The notes: generated by a model from the sequence alone, not told the origin. Positions 1 to 9,936 are shown, counted from the stretch's first letter. The stretch is DNA of 64,000 bases from Candidatus Aenigmarchaeota archaeon LH_S7 (GCA_023659895.1 JAGXOL010000001.1:15757-79756), one strand, 5' to 3'. Made by a program: numbers and translations.

Positions 1-455
1 TTTTGAGGTGTTTTGTCTCCATAAAGCAAGGTTAGTTTGTTATAACAACCTCTCTTTTGTATTACATATTCGATTAGTGATTTCAAAGGGGCAAGTCCAC
101 AACCCCCACTAATAAGTATAATATTTGTGTGTTCAAACTCATCCATTGGATATCCTTTACCATGAGGTCCTCTAACACCTATTTTATCCCCTTCTTTAAG
201 ATTGAAAAGAGCATTTGTTACATTACCTGTTTTTCTTGCAGTTATCTCAAAATAATTTTTGTTGAAAGGGGAGGAGGAGATCGAGAATGGTGCTTCCCCA
301 ACACCGAAAACTGTGATTAAGACAAATTCACCTGGATCAAAATAGAAATGTTCTCTTAAAATTTTGTTTTCTAGTTCTATTTGAAAAGTTTTCGTGTCCT
401 CTGTCTCTTTTATTGTTTTTTTGATTTTCCCAATATTTGGTGTATATATTTTCAT
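1..455 (-). CDS. FAD/NAD(P)-binding oxidoreductase subunit of a [NiFe]-hydrogenase/sulfhydrogenase (gamma, HydG/AsrB-like); start ATG at 455, 3' end runs off window
   Basis: Minus-strand translation from 455: MKIYTPNIGKIKKTIKETEDTKTFQIELENKILREHFYFDPGEFVL...GGCGLAP, typical ferredoxin-NADP-reductase-like gamma subunit; start abuts stop of upstream HydB-like gene. Confidence 0.55.
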   Translation of the reverse strand, partial: MKIYTPNIGKIKKTIKETEDTKTFQIELENKILREHFYFDPGEFVLITVFGVGEAPFSISSSPFNKNYFEITARKTGNVTNALFNLKEGDKIGVRGPHGKGYPMDEFEHTNIILISGGCGLAPLKSLIEYVIQKRGCYNKLTLLYGDKTPQ

Positions 456-1420
456 TTTATTTCCTCTAAAAACTTTTCGTAGTCAATTCCTACAGGACAA
501 TGTGATATGCAACGGCCGCAACCAACACACAAGAATTCATCATAATGTTTTTTTCCATATAAGAATTTGTGACTTAGGAATTGCCTCACCCTATTAACTC
601 TTTTATCTCTGAAAATAAAATCTCCTGCGACTCTTGAAAATTCTTTTGACAAACAGGAACTCCAGAATTTTTTTACTTTGCCTTCATTTTCAGATTTTGG
701 AACTTGTACTAAATCAAAACAATAGCACATAGGGCAGACTACTGAACAAGCAGTGCAGGAAAAACATTTCTTGAAGTGCTTTTCCCAGATCTTTGTGTTG
801 AAATTTCTTTCTATTTTTTTGTCTAAATCTTTTGCTAAGAAAAATCTCTTGCATTCAAAAAAAGTTTTCTTGAACGAGTTTTCCGTTCTCTTGAAGATCT
901 TGTGTTTCATCAATTTTTTGCCCCACTCACTCCCAATCTTTATGTAAAATTCTTTTCCAACATCTGTTAATAACAAATCAAAACCTTCCTTTAACTGGTC
1001 ATCCCCTAAACTTGTGCAGAAACAATTTTCCCCAGCTTTGGTGCAGTTAATTGCTATGATTTTCGTGTTTTCCCTTTTTATTCTGTAATAGAATTCCCCA
1101 CCCAATATTTTATCCAATTTCAACAGAGCATTTACATCACAAGGTCTAATTCCATATATCACTTTTTTCTTTGGCTTTCCAGGATGCTTTATTTTTATAT
1201 TATTGGATTTCTTGTATTCAAATATTGTTTCTCCATCAGGGAGGAAAAAATTCTTTGGAGGGTAATCAGTGTTTATATAATTCTTCACGATTTCATCCGC
1301 GGAACTTACTTTATCAAAAATAAGAGAGCCATTCTTTTTTACAGGAGCTATTACCTCAAAATTTTTGTTTAACAGTTTCACGAATTTTGGGAGATCTTTT
1401 TTCTTTAGAACATAATACAT
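452..1420 (-). CDS. hydrogenase beta-subunit-like iron-sulfur protein (sulfhydrogenase HydB / AsrA family)
   Basis: 322 aa; two 4Fe-4S ferredoxin-type Cys motifs (CFSCTACSVVCPMCYC and CVGCGRCISHCPVGI); architecture matches Pyrococcus sulfhydrogenase beta. Confidence 0.6.
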   Translation of the reverse strand: MYYVLKKKDLPKFVKLLNKNFEVIAPVKKNGSLIFDKVSSADEIVKNYINTDYPPKNFFLPDGETIFEYKKSNNIKIKHPGKPKKKVIYGIRPCDVNALLKLDKILGGEFYYRIKRENTKIIAINCTKAGENCFCTSLGDDQLKEGFDLLLTDVGKEFYIKIGSEWGKKLMKHKIFKRTENSFKKTFFECKRFFLAKDLDKKIERNFNTKIWEKHFKKCFSCTACSVVCPMCYCFDLVQVPKSENEGKVKKFWSSCLSKEFSRVAGDFIFRDKRVNRVRQFLSHKFLYGKKHYDEFLCVGCGRCISHCPVGIDYEKFLEEIK

Positions 1421-1437
1421 TATTTAATTACACATTA

Positions 1438-1888
1438 CTCTTTATTAAATCCCACGCAACAATCAAATCTATTATTTCAGGAATCGCTTTTTCCACTTCT
1501 TTTGATAGACCAACTTCATATTCCATTGATTTTGGTTCGCAACCCACAATTAATATTTTTGTCTCAACACCCAGCTCTTTAGCCACGAGAACTATCTTAT
1601 CTATTTTAGTCTCATGGATATTTGTGAGTTTTCCTTTTTTTTTAAATCAGATAATTCAAAGTTATATATTTCTCCTGGGTTACCTTCTCTTTTGATAGCA
1701 TCCACAACAATGATTTTTTCATATTGCTCTATTTTGTTTAGAAGAGCAAAGACTCCTGAACCAAAATCTTCCACTTCAACATTTTCAGGTAATTTCTCAT
1801 TTTTGAGTTTTTCTATTACTAAAGGACCAAGACCATCATCACCCCGCAATTTATCCCCTAAACCAGCTATTAAGATTTTCCCAACAAT
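1438..1888 (-). pseudogene. hydrogenase maturation protease (HycI/HybD family), reading frame broken at a T9 homopolymer (1635-1643); no in-frame ATG/GTG/TTG start
   Basis: Frame A gives ...LIVGKILIAGLGDKLRGDDGLGPLVIEKL...IVVDA...; after the T9 run a second frame gives ETKILIVGCEPKSMEYEVGLSKEVEKAIPEIIDLIVAWDLIKSNV*, the conserved C-terminus of the protease family. Confidence 0.55.
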
Positions 1889-1942
1889 TAAACTTAAATA
1901 TAAGGTATTTGTTACTTAACTATTTAAATTTTTATTATTGTT

Positions 1943-2161
1943 ATGAACGAAGACAGACCGATAGATGCTTTAAACAACTCTAGAGGAAGTAGAGTACTCC
2001 TAAAGCTAAAGAATGGTACAGAAATGTCTGGAACATTGAAAGCTCATGACTTGCATTTGAACATGTGGCTTGGAGATGTGGAGATCAAGAAAGAAGATGA
2101 AACAACCAAATACAAGAATATGCTTATAAGAGGAGACACAGTACTCTATATCATACCATAA
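1943..2161 (+). CDS. Sm-like archaeal protein (SmAP/LSm)
   Basis: 72 aa, Sm1/Sm2 motifs (VLLKLKNGTEMSGTLKAHDLHLNMWLGD...IRGDTVLYI); conserved adjacency to rpl37e. Confidence 0.75.
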   Translation: MNEDRPIDALNNSRGSRVLLKLKNGTEMSGTLKAHDLHLNMWLGDVEIKKEDETTKYKNMLIRGDTVLYIIP

Positions 2162-2211
2162 TTTCTGAGTTGACTAGAAGGTAATATTAAAAATTTTACT
2201 TAAATATAGAT

Positions 2212-2403
2212 ATGACAAAGGGAACTCCTAGTCAAGGAAAAAGAAACAAGTTATTGCACACTACATGCAAGAGATGTGGTGCTCATGCTTACAATATGAG
2301 AAAAAAATTCTGTGCTAAGTGTGGTTATGGAAAGTCCAAGAAAGTAAAGGATTTTTCCTGGAGAAGTAGGTCTCTTTTAGGGAAAGGAAATAGAAAAAAA
2401 TAG
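2212..2403 (+). CDS. rpl37e: ribosomal protein L37e
   Basis: GTPSQGKRNKLLHTTCKRCG...CAKCG zinc-ribbon signature of eL37. Confidence 0.8.
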   Translation: MTKGTPSQGKRNKLLHTTCKRCGAHAYNMRKKFCAKCGYGKSKKVKDFSWRSRSLLGKGNRKK

Positions 2404-3942
2404 TTGACAATAGAAAATTTTATTCTAACTTATTTTATGTCACAGGAATTGAATGATTTAGCTAAAAAATTACTTGCAAATGGAAAGATAGCCAGTCCTG
2501 AGGCTTTGGAAATCATAAGGAATAGGAATCTTTTTGATGAAGTTTTGAAGTTGGAGGAAACCATAATAAAGAAGAGTACTTTGGAATCTTTAGAAAAAGA
2601 AAAATTTAAAAATGAACAGAAAATAGAGAAAGAATCTGAAAAAGAATTAAAACAAGAAACAAAACTGGAAGAGAAACCAGAAGAACCAAAAAAAGAAGAA
2701 GTAGAAATAAGGAGAGACAGGAAAAAGAAGGTTGCTGAGGAACATGATGTAGATTTCAATATATACAATTCAGAGGTAAAGCATGTAGAACGGAAAACCT
2801 CTGATTTCATTAATTATTTTAACTCAAGGTACGAGTTGATTCAAGGAATGTTGATGAAGAGAGTAAATCCAATTTCTATTTCCAATGTTAAGAAAACTCG
2901 GAATGATGAAGTTTCTATAATAGGGATGGTTTATGATATCAAGACAACAGCTTCAAACAACAAGATCATTGAATTGGAAGATCCAACAGGAAAACTCTCT
3001 GCAATGATAACTCAGAATTCTGAGGGAAGTCTTTTTGAGGAATCAGAAAATATTTTGAAAGATGAGGTTTTAGGTGTTAGAGGTGTTTTTAAGAACAATT
3101 ATCTATTTATAAGGGAGCTTATAAGACCTGAGATACCTATTACCAAAGAAATAAAGAAATTGGATGTGCCTTTGTCCTGTGTTTTCATCTCTGACTTGCA
3201 TGTGGGTAGTGTTGATTTCCTTGAAGACACCTTCAAGAAATTTTTGAAATGGTTGCATTCAAAGGAAGCAGAGAACGTGAAATATATTTTGATTGCAGGG
3301 GATTTGGTTGATGGTATAGGAATTTATGCTTCCCAGGAGGAAGACCTATCAATAAAAAGTGGGAAGAAACAATATGAACACACTGCTGAATTATTGAAAC
3401 AAATACCTGAACATATTAAGATCATTGTTCAGCCAGGTAACCACGACATTGTTGGTAATCATGAACCTCAGAACACTTTGAAAGATACTGCATTATCACA
3501 ACTACCTAATATTGTTTTTGGTACTAATCCTTGTTGGGTAACTTTGGATAAGATAAAGATATTGATGTACCATGGTTATTCCTACGACAATTTGATAAGG
3601 GAATTACCTTCAATCAGGCAGAAAGGTTATAGGGAACCCACTTTACCTATGATAGAAGCTCTTAAAAGAAGGCATTTAGCACCTACTTATGGCTCCTCCC
3701 TAGCAATACCTGAACAAAAGGATTATTTGGTTGTAGAGGATATACCAGACATTCTCCATTCTGGGCACTTGCATACTGTAGGAATGGATAATTACAAGAA
3801 TGTTTTAACCATTAACTCTGGAACATTCCAGGGGAGAACCAAATTCCAGGAAATGTTAGGTCATGTGCCTCACCCAGGAATTTTCGTGAAGGTTGATATG
3901 GACACCAGAAAGAGTAGAATGGTAAATTTGAACAATTATTAG
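2404..3942 (+). CDS. DNA polymerase II (PolD) small subunit DP1, calcineurin-like phosphoesterase
   Basis: 512 aa; Lys/Glu-rich linker then MPP motifs (ISDLHVGS, IAGDLVDG, GNHD, GHLH). Confidence 0.8.
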   Translation: MTIENFILTYFMSQELNDLAKKLLANGKIASPEALEIIRNRNLFDEVLKLEETIIKKSTLESLEKEKFKNEQKIEKESEKELKQETKLEEKPEEPKKEEVEIRRDRKKKVAEEHDVDFNIYNSEVKHVERKTSDFINYFNSRYELIQGMLMKRVNPISISNVKKTRNDEVSIIGMVYDIKTTASNNKIIELEDPTGKLSAMITQNSEGSLFEESENILKDEVLGVRGVFKNNYLFIRELIRPEIPITKEIKKLDVPLSCVFISDLHVGSVDFLEDTFKKFLKWLHSKEAENVKYILIAGDLVDGIGIYASQEEDLSIKSGKKQYEHTAELLKQIPEHIKIIVQPGNHDIVGNHEPQNTLKDTALSQLPNIVFGTNPCWVTLDKIKILMYHGYSYDNLIRELPSIRQKGYREPTLPMIEALKRRHLAPTYGSSLAIPEQKDYLVVEDIPDILHSGHLHTVGMDNYKNVLTINSGTFQGRTKFQEMLGHVPHPGIFVKVDMDTRKSRMVNLNNY

Positions 3943-4047
3943 GTCAAAATTCTGAAGTTCAAAAAATTAAATTAGGACATAGACCTTAAAATTTAGGGAT
4001 ATGAGCCAAAATAAACTTATTTATATATCTCTTACCACTATGTAATA

Positions 4048-4485
4048 ATGGAAATATATGAAGTTGGAAAGGATGAAGGAAAGAAAGAAACAGGAATACC
4101 TCAACACTATTCACCAAGAAACTTGGAGGTTCATTTAAAAAATGGAGAAGTAAAAGTATTTCTTCCTTCTGAAAAATTTCTATTAGAGTATCATAGGGAT
4201 TTTAGTGGCGAGAAAGAATTTAAGTGGCATTATGATTTTTCTCCAGATGACATAGAAAATATTGAACCTTCAGAAGTAGCAAGAGAGGTAGAAGTTCATT
4301 TTAAGAAAGGGAAGATAGAGCCTTATTCTAAATCTGGAGGTTTACTACTAAAATTAAATATGAAACATCGGAATAAAAAAGAATTTGAGAACTGGTATAG
4401 TTTTTCTCCGGATGACATAGAAAATATTGTATATCATCCAAAACATAGAGAAAAGATTACTGATCATACCTACTGCATTGAATGA
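4048..4485 (+). CDS. hypothetical protein with internal duplication
   Basis: Repeated motif WHYDFSPDDIENIEP / WYSFSPDDIENIVYHP. Confidence 0.35.
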   Translation: MEIYEVGKDEGKKETGIPQHYSPRNLEVHLKNGEVKVFLPSEKFLLEYHRDFSGEKEFKWHYDFSPDDIENIEPSEVAREVEVHFKKGKIEPYSKSGGLLLKLNMKHRNKKEFENWYSFSPDDIENIVYHPKHREKITDHTYCIE

Positions 4486-4521
4486 TTAATAGATATTCTT
4501 TAATTTTATACATTTACTTAT

Positions 4522-5820
4522 ATGGATTATGGAACAATTGGTTTTATCATCTTCATTGTTGCTTTAGTCATCCTTGTATATTGGAAGAAAAAAAATCTCC
4601 AAATTCAGGGAGTTTTCGTGATGTTGAAGACAAAAAAACTTAGAACCCTAATAAAGAGAGCTGTAAAAAAATATCCTTTCTTTTGGAAAACTTATTTTAC
4701 AACAGGTGTTATAGTTGGATTCCTTGCAATGGTATTTGGAATTTTTTTCCTTCTTAACAATGTAATCAATCTTTTACAGGGTTTTGGTGCTCCCACTCTT
4801 TCTTTGGTTTTTCCAGGGCCAACATCTTCTTTTTCAGCTCATCCAGGTGTTCTTTTAGTTCCTATATGGTACTGGTTGATAGCAATTGTAGTTTTGATTT
4901 TCCCTCACGAGCTTTCTCATGGTTTAGCGCTAGCTTTAAACAAGTTGAAAATTAAGTCTTTAGGTGTTTTCTTGCTCTTGTTCATACCTGGAGCTTTTGT
5001 TGAGCCAGATGAAAAACAATTAAAGAAAGTAAACAAGTTCAAAAAATTGCAAGTGTATGCAGCAGGTTCTTTTTCAAATATTGTTACGGGGATTATTCTT
5101 GTTTTAATTTTCCATCTTTTCCTGTTCACAGCTTTCTCTTATGAAGGTGTAGATTATGGATATGCAAGAGATATGGTTAATAGGTCAGAAATAATAGAGA
5201 CCAATAATTTGTCTGAGGGTTTGCTTGAAATAAAAACTTCCCAAGACACTTATTTAGCAACAAAATCTATTTTGGATAGACAAGTTAATAATACAAATCT
5301 TTTGTTGTTTGATGACTGGCCAGCTGCGAGAAATAATTTATCAGGAAGTATCAAAAAGATAGATAATATTGAAATAACTTCTTTTGATAAAATGACCAAG
5401 GTTTTGTCTAATTATAAACCAGGTGATAATATTAAAATAGAGACTTCAAAAGGAATTAATAACATTACTTTAGCAAATCGTAAGGGTAAAGCATTTCTAG
5501 GAATAACTTACCCTCAAGGATATACTTATATTCTTAACATGATTCCTAGCGAAACAGTGGTTGATTTTGTATTCCCACAGAGCTACAAGAATTATGAATT
5601 GCAAGCTCTCCCAGAAAGCGTGGGAAATTTCCTTTACATGCTAATATTTTTTATCTACAATGTTTGTTTTGGTGTCGCAATCATAAATATCTTACCAATA
5701 AAACCATTGGATGGAGGTTTGATAACGGAAACTTTAACTAATAAGAGATTTGCTAACGCAATTTCATTAATTTTCTTTGCAATCTTGGTCTTTATCATAG
5801 CAGGACCTTACTTATTGTGA
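4522..5820 (+). CDS. site-2 protease family (M50) intramembrane zinc metalloprotease with PDZ-like insert
   Basis: Polytopic; HELSHG (HExxH) in TM helix and C-terminal NILPIKPLDGG (LDG motif). Confidence 0.7.
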   Translation: MDYGTIGFIIFIVALVILVYWKKKNLQIQGVFVMLKTKKLRTLIKRAVKKYPFFWKTYFTTGVIVGFLAMVFGIFFLLNNVINLLQGFGAPTLSLVFPGPTSSFSAHPGVLLVPIWYWLIAIVVLIFPHELSHGLALALNKLKIKSLGVFLLLFIPGAFVEPDEKQLKKVNKFKKLQVYAAGSFSNIVTGIILVLIFHLFLFTAFSYEGVDYGYARDMVNRSEIIETNNLSEGLLEIKTSQDTYLATKSILDRQVNNTNLLLFDDWPAARNNLSGSIKKIDNIEITSFDKMTKVLSNYKPGDNIKIETSKGINNITLANRKGKAFLGITYPQGYTYILNMIPSETVVDFVFPQSYKNYELQALPESVGNFLYMLIFFIYNVCFGVAIINILPIKPLDGGLITETLTNKRFANAISLIFFAILVFIIAGPYLL

Positions 5821-5832
5821 AAAAAGAAAAAA

Positions 5833-6072
5833 TTAAATGCGAGATTCTTCTTCGTATTTATCCATCACATAATTCACTGAAATATGTCCATTATTCTTGC
5901 TTACTCCAGAGATCTTTATGTAATTGTCTCTACCAGCTTTTATAGGGTCTTCTAGTATATCATTTTCCATTTTGTTTATCATATTATCTGCTTCCTCTTT
6001 ATTATTGAAAAGTTTGTAGAAATTATTTTCAACCTCTGAACTCTCGAAAAGATTATCTAATGGGATACTCAC
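5833..6072 (-). CDS. hypothetical small protein
   Basis: 79 aa ORF, coding-like composition, no recognisable motif. Confidence 0.3.
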   Translation of the reverse strand: MSIPLDNLFESSEVENNFYKLFNNKEEADNMINKMENDILEDPIKAGRDNYIKISGVSKNNGHISVNYVMDKYEEESRI

Positions 6073-6106
6073 CTTTGCTTAATTTCTCGTAGGACATATA
6101 ATTATT

Positions 6107-6817
6107 TTGGAAATTTTGTATATGGTATTTGTGGTTATTGAAGGAATAGATGCCTCAGGTAAGGCAACACAAACCAAGTTTTTGGTGGAAAGATTAAAGA
6201 AAGAAGGTTATGAGGTGGAAACCATAGATTTTCCTCAATATGGAAAAAAATCCGCAGGTCCTTTGGAAAATTACTTGAATGGAAAATATGGTTCTTCAAA
6301 GGAGTTGGGTGCTTACATACCTTCTATTTTCTATGCTTGTGACCGTTTTGATTCTTCCTTCAAAATAAAGAAATGGCTTGATGAAGGTAAAATTGTTATT
6401 GCTGACAGGTATATTGCTTCAAACATAAGTCATCAGGGTGGAAAAATCAAAAATCAAGAGGAAAGAAGGAAATACATAGAATGGCTTTACAATCTTGAAT
6501 ATAAAATTTTCAAGATACCTAAACCAGATTTTACAATTATTTTGAAGACTTCTCCTGAATTTTCAGAGAGATTAGTTGGAAAAGGTTATGATAAGGGAAA
6601 GGAAGAAAAACGAAAATCTTATCTGGGTAATAAGAAGAAAGATATCCATGAGAAAGATAAAGAGCATTTGCTCAATACATTGAATTCTTATTTAGAAGTA
6701 GCTGAAATGTTTCCTGATGATTTTAAGATTATTAACTGTTTGGAAGAGGGGGAATTATTATCAAAAGAGAAGATTCATGAAAAGGTTTGGTCTGTTGTTA
6801 GAAAATTGTTATCTTAA
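6107..6817 (+). CDS. tmk: thymidylate kinase-like (dTMP kinase)
   Basis: P-loop VVIEGIDASGKATQ and DRYIASNISHQG motif; alternative start at M6 possible. Confidence 0.65.
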   Translation: MEILYMVFVVIEGIDASGKATQTKFLVERLKKEGYEVETIDFPQYGKKSAGPLENYLNGKYGSSKELGAYIPSIFYACDRFDSSFKIKKWLDEGKIVIADRYIASNISHQGGKIKNQEERRKYIEWLYNLEYKIFKIPKPDFTIILKTSPEFSERLVGKGYDKGKEEKRKSYLGNKKKDIHEKDKEHLLNTLNSYLEVAEMFPDDFKIINCLEEGELLSKEKIHEKVWSVVRKLLS

Positions 6818-8016
6818 TCTTTGAATTTTTCAAAACTTTTTTCCAGAGCTTTTATACCAGGTAATTTTTTTCCTACAAGAAAATCAACAAAAGATCCTCC
6901 ACCCAAACTTACATAACCTAATTTGTTGAAATCAATTCCTAATTTCCCCAAAGCATCAGTTGTGTTTCCACCTCCAACTAAAGAATTTTCTCCCAACATT
7001 GAAAAAATATCATAGGTTCCTAACTGAAAATTTTCATTTTCATAAACCCCTGCAGGTCCCTTAACACAAACAAATTCAGAATCTTGAACTATTTTATTAT
7101 AATTTTTAATTGTTTCTTTACCAATATCAAGAATTTGTTTTTCAGAAGGAAGTTCCTCAACAGAAATCTCAACTCTATTATTTTCATTTTCTATAGCTAA
7201 GTCTACAGGCAATATTATTTTTTTACCTAATTTTTCTAACAAAATTTTTGCTTCATCTAAATATTGTATGTAACCTTTGTCATGAAGAAACTTTTCTGTA
7301 TGACCTAAATCATAACCTTTTGCTATCAGGAACAACAAAGAGATGACACCTGTAACAGGGAAAACAATATCTTTTTCACCCCATCTTTTCATCAGTTTTA
7401 TAGGTTCTTTTGGTTTTGCTCCACCTAAAATGAAACATGATTTGGAACTTTCAAGTTTCTTTGAAAACTTTTGCAGTTCTTTTAATTCTCTCTCGAAAAC
7501 ATGGCCCGCGATACAAGGCTTTAATCTTGAGAATCCAACAACGCTTGCGTGACACCTGTGAACAACTGAAAAAGCATCTAAAACAAAATAATCAATTAAG
7601 GGAGCTAGTGATTTGACTAATTCACTTTCAGAGTGTTCCTCAATATTTTTTTCAATTTTTTCATCTTCATAAAAACGTGTGTTATCTAGTAGAATTATAT
7701 CTCCTGCTTTCATTTCCTTTATTCTTTTCAACTCTTCCCTAAATTCCAAGAAACCCACAGAATCCAAATATTTATTCAATAGTTCAGTGTGTTTTTCCAA
7801 AGATATAAAATCATCTTTGCCTTTTCTTCCCTGATGTGCGAGTAAAACAATTTTTGCACCCTCTTCATGTAATTTCTTAATAGTTTCAATGTGTGCTTTT
7901 AGTCTTGCATTTTCAGATAACCTTTTATTTCTGGAATCATAAGGTAAATTTAAATCTACTCGCACAGCAACAGTTTTGTTTTTCAAGTTAAAATCCTTCA
8001 AGGTAAAGAACTCCAT
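6814..8016 (-). CDS. pgk: phosphoglycerate kinase; listed ORF is over-extended, real start at MEFFTLKDFNLKNKTVAVRVDLN
   Basis: Canonical PGK N-terminus (RVDLNLP), about 400 aa; upstream extension would overlap a tRNA. Confidence 0.85.
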   Translation of the reverse strand: MEFFTLKDFNLKNKTVAVRVDLNLPYDSRNKRLSENARLKAHIETIKKLHEEGAKIVLLAHQGRKGKDDFISLEKHTELLNKYLDSVGFLEFREELKRIKEMKAGDIILLDNTRFYEDEKIEKNIEEHSESELVKSLAPLIDYFVLDAFSVVHRCHASVVGFSRLKPCIAGHVFERELKELQKFSKKLESSKSCFILGGAKPKEPIKLMKRWGEKDIVFPVTGVISLLFLIAKGYDLGHTEKFLHDKGYIQYLDEAKILLEKLGKKIILPVDLAIENENNRVEISVEELPSEKQILDIGKETIKNYNKIVQDSEFVCVKGPAGVYENENFQLGTYDIFSMLGENSLVGGGNTTDALGKLGIDFNKLGYVSLGGGSFVDFLVGKKLPGIKALEKSFEKFKD

Positions 8017-8042
8017 AAAAATACAATATGGTTTTAATTTAT

Positions 8043-8154
8043 GCTGGGGTGGCAGAGTCAGGTTAATGCGGTGGACTCGAGATCCACTGGACCTAGTCCG
8101 CGCAGGTAGGTTTTTCTTGAAGAAAATCCCTGTAATCAAATCCTGCCCCCAGCG
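8043..8154 (+). tRNA. tRNA-Ser(CGA), class II, with a 28-nt intron in the T-loop (8108-8135, after T54)
   Basis: Acceptor GCTGGGG/CCCCAGC, 3-bp D-stem, anticodon arm GTGGA-CTCGAGA-TCCAC, variable hairpin GGAC-CTA-GTCC, T-stem GCAGG/CCTGC with loop split T|...|TCAAAT; exons total 84 nt. Confidence 0.7.
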
Positions 8155-8506
8155 TCTAAGTTTACTATATATGTTTACCCTCACTAAAGAGATAGCAAAA
8201 GAAGGGTAAATATGGAAGGCCAAGACTATTGGGAAGATTATTATAAGAGAAAAGTTAAAAAGATAAATAAAGACAAGAAAATTCTTATAACTTTCTTAAA
8301 AAATAAGAGGTCTGAAAGGGTTGGATATAGAAGGATTATAAGGTGGTTTGCCTTTAGATACAAAAACAACAATTGAGGAAAAGAAAAGAAACTTTAGATA
8401 ATTTAAGTACTGAATCCCTAAAGAAAGATAATGTTAGAGAGGCTTTTAAGGAAGCAATAAAGGAATTAATTAGAGAGAATCCTGATTTGCTGCAGGGATT
8501 GAAACT

Positions 8507-8947
8507 TTAATATTCTTCTTTCACAGTAGATACAATTTCTTCTAATCTTACAGACTGGTCAGGGGATACAGCCTCTGACTTTCCAACTGGCTTATTTATA
8601 AAACAAAGACAAGGTTCCGGGTCTCCCAAAATTTTAAAATTATGTCCACCATGTCTATGTGTAGCTCCACTAACTTTATTAATTCCTTTAATTTTTGATC
8701 GAGTGGTGAGCAACTGCGAACCAAATAAATAATCTCCTTTGGTTGCATGTGGAGTAAATTTATAAACTTTTAATTTTTGTGAAAATTTAGTTTTATTTTC
8801 ATCTGTTGTCTCCTTTTTTATACCACACATAGCATGCTTATATAGTATTATTTTTTTTATACTTTCATGTTCTTTCTGACACTGAGCTTCAAATACTTTT
8901 GATATAATACAGTCATCCACACCTGTAAATTTATTTAAAAAGAACAT
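8507..8947 (-). CDS. hypothetical protein
   Basis: 146 aa ORF, no confident family assignment. Confidence 0.3.
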   Translation of the reverse strand: MFFLNKFTGVDDCIISKVFEAQCQKEHESIKKIILYKHAMCGIKKETTDENKTKFSQKLKVYKFTPHATKGDYLFGSQLLTTRSKIKGINKVSGATHRHGGHNFKILGDPEPCLCFINKPVGKSEAVSPDQSVRLEEIVSTVKEEY

Positions 8948-8949
8948 CT

Positions 8950-9222
8950 TTATTCAAATCTTATTTTTCCTTCTTTTTCTAAATCTTTAAGAATAAAATG
9001 TGCTTCTTCAAATTTAATATTAAATCTATTAGCAATTTGTGAGGTGGTTGGTTTGCCCTTCTCTTTTATAAGTTCAAATACTTTTTGCTTTAATTTTTTA
9101 GATAAAAGTTCTAATCTGTCAGGTTCTGTTGAGAGTATCTCGTTAGGAATTGTTAAAACTAAATTAGAAATATCTGATACATTTGCCAGGTCTGGCACCA
9201 AAACTTGAAAATACTCAAACAT
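8950..9222 (-). CDS. small winged-helix DNA-binding protein
   Basis: 90 aa; C-terminal TTSQIANRFNIKFEEAHFILKDLEKEGKI resembles wHTH recognition helix/wing. Confidence 0.4.
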   Translation of the reverse strand: MFEYFQVLVPDLANVSDISNLVLTIPNEILSTEPDRLELLSKKLKQKVFELIKEKGKPTTSQIANRFNIKFEEAHFILKDLEKEGKIRFE

Positions 9223-9223
9223 A

Positions 9224-9589
9224 TTAACTTTCCTTTTTGTCTACGACTTTTTTCATATCCGGCTCAAAGGATTCTCCAAATTTTTCTATTTCATCAGCCA
9301 ACTTTCTTTTTTCATCTGCAGAGCATTCAAATAAGTTCTGAAGTTTTCTGTTAAGCATAGATGATTTAAGAATAAAGTTTATTAGAATATCTTTTTGTTC
9401 ACTTGTTAATTTTTCAGATATTTCCTCAATTAAATTTGGATTATCTTTTAATTCATCAATTATTTTATAAGCATCCGGGTATTTATCCTGAATATCAGCA
9501 AGTTTTCTAATAGCCATTGAATTACCTTTTAAAAATAAACTATAAAAATCAGTAAAATCAACAAAAAAACTATTATCTATTTCCTTCAT
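9224..9589 (-). CDS. hypothetical protein (operonic with 8950-9222)
   Basis: 121 aa; stop/start 2 nt from downstream gene. Confidence 0.35.
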   Translation of the reverse strand: MKEIDNSFFVDFTDFYSLFLKGNSMAIRKLADIQDKYPDAYKIIDELKDNPNLIEEISEKLTSEQKDILINFILKSSMLNRKLQNLFECSADEKRKLADEIEKFGESFEPDMKKVVDKKES

Positions 9590-9747
9590 AATAATACCTA
9601 TAAAATATTTATAGGTCTATCTAAATTAATCTTCAAACCCTGTTGTTGCCCCAACTTCTTCTTCAATACCATCATCTTTCATAATGATTATTTTAACAGG
9701 TCCTTCAGAATGTTCAACTTCAAATTTCTGTGGGTCTCCTCTGAGTT

Positions 9748-9936
9748 TTGTTGCCGTTTCAAAAAAGTCCTTTTACCGGTATTACTGAGATTATCGAAGC
9801 CTATGAAAAAGATAATCCAATTGATTACAAATCTTTTGGTATTCCAAGAAAGAAATTAAGAGAAGTTCTTTCAACTTATTTTGAAAATCCAGATGAACTT
9901 ATCGACAAAGCACTGAAAGAAGGTATTATTTACTAA
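9748..9936 (+). CDS. hypothetical small protein
   Basis: 62 aa ORF. Confidence 0.25.
   Translation: MLPFQKSPFTGITEIIEAYEKDNPIDYKSFGIPRKKLREVLSTYFENPDELIDKALKEGIIY

Noticed and set aside
129-320. 63-aa plus-strand ORF
   Set aside because: Antisense to the well-supported HydG-like gene on the minus strand.
7976-8209. 77-aa plus-strand ORF
   Set aside because: Overlaps tRNA-Ser(CGA) and the true PGK start region; artefact of the over-extended frame.
8212-8508. 54-aa ORF (MEGQDYWEDYYKRK...) followed by a second open frame ending ...ENPDLLQGLKL*
   Set aside because: Possibly one gene with a frameshift at an A5 run, but no family recognised; too weak to call, so mentioned only in the homopolymer-frameshift finding.
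9601-9750. Minus-strand 48-codon frame ...GPVKIIIMKDDGIEEEVGATTGFED* with protein-like composition
   Set aside because: No usable start codon, and overlaps the start of the plus-strand 9748-9936 ORF; could be a remnant of a decayed gene but cannot be supported as a feature.
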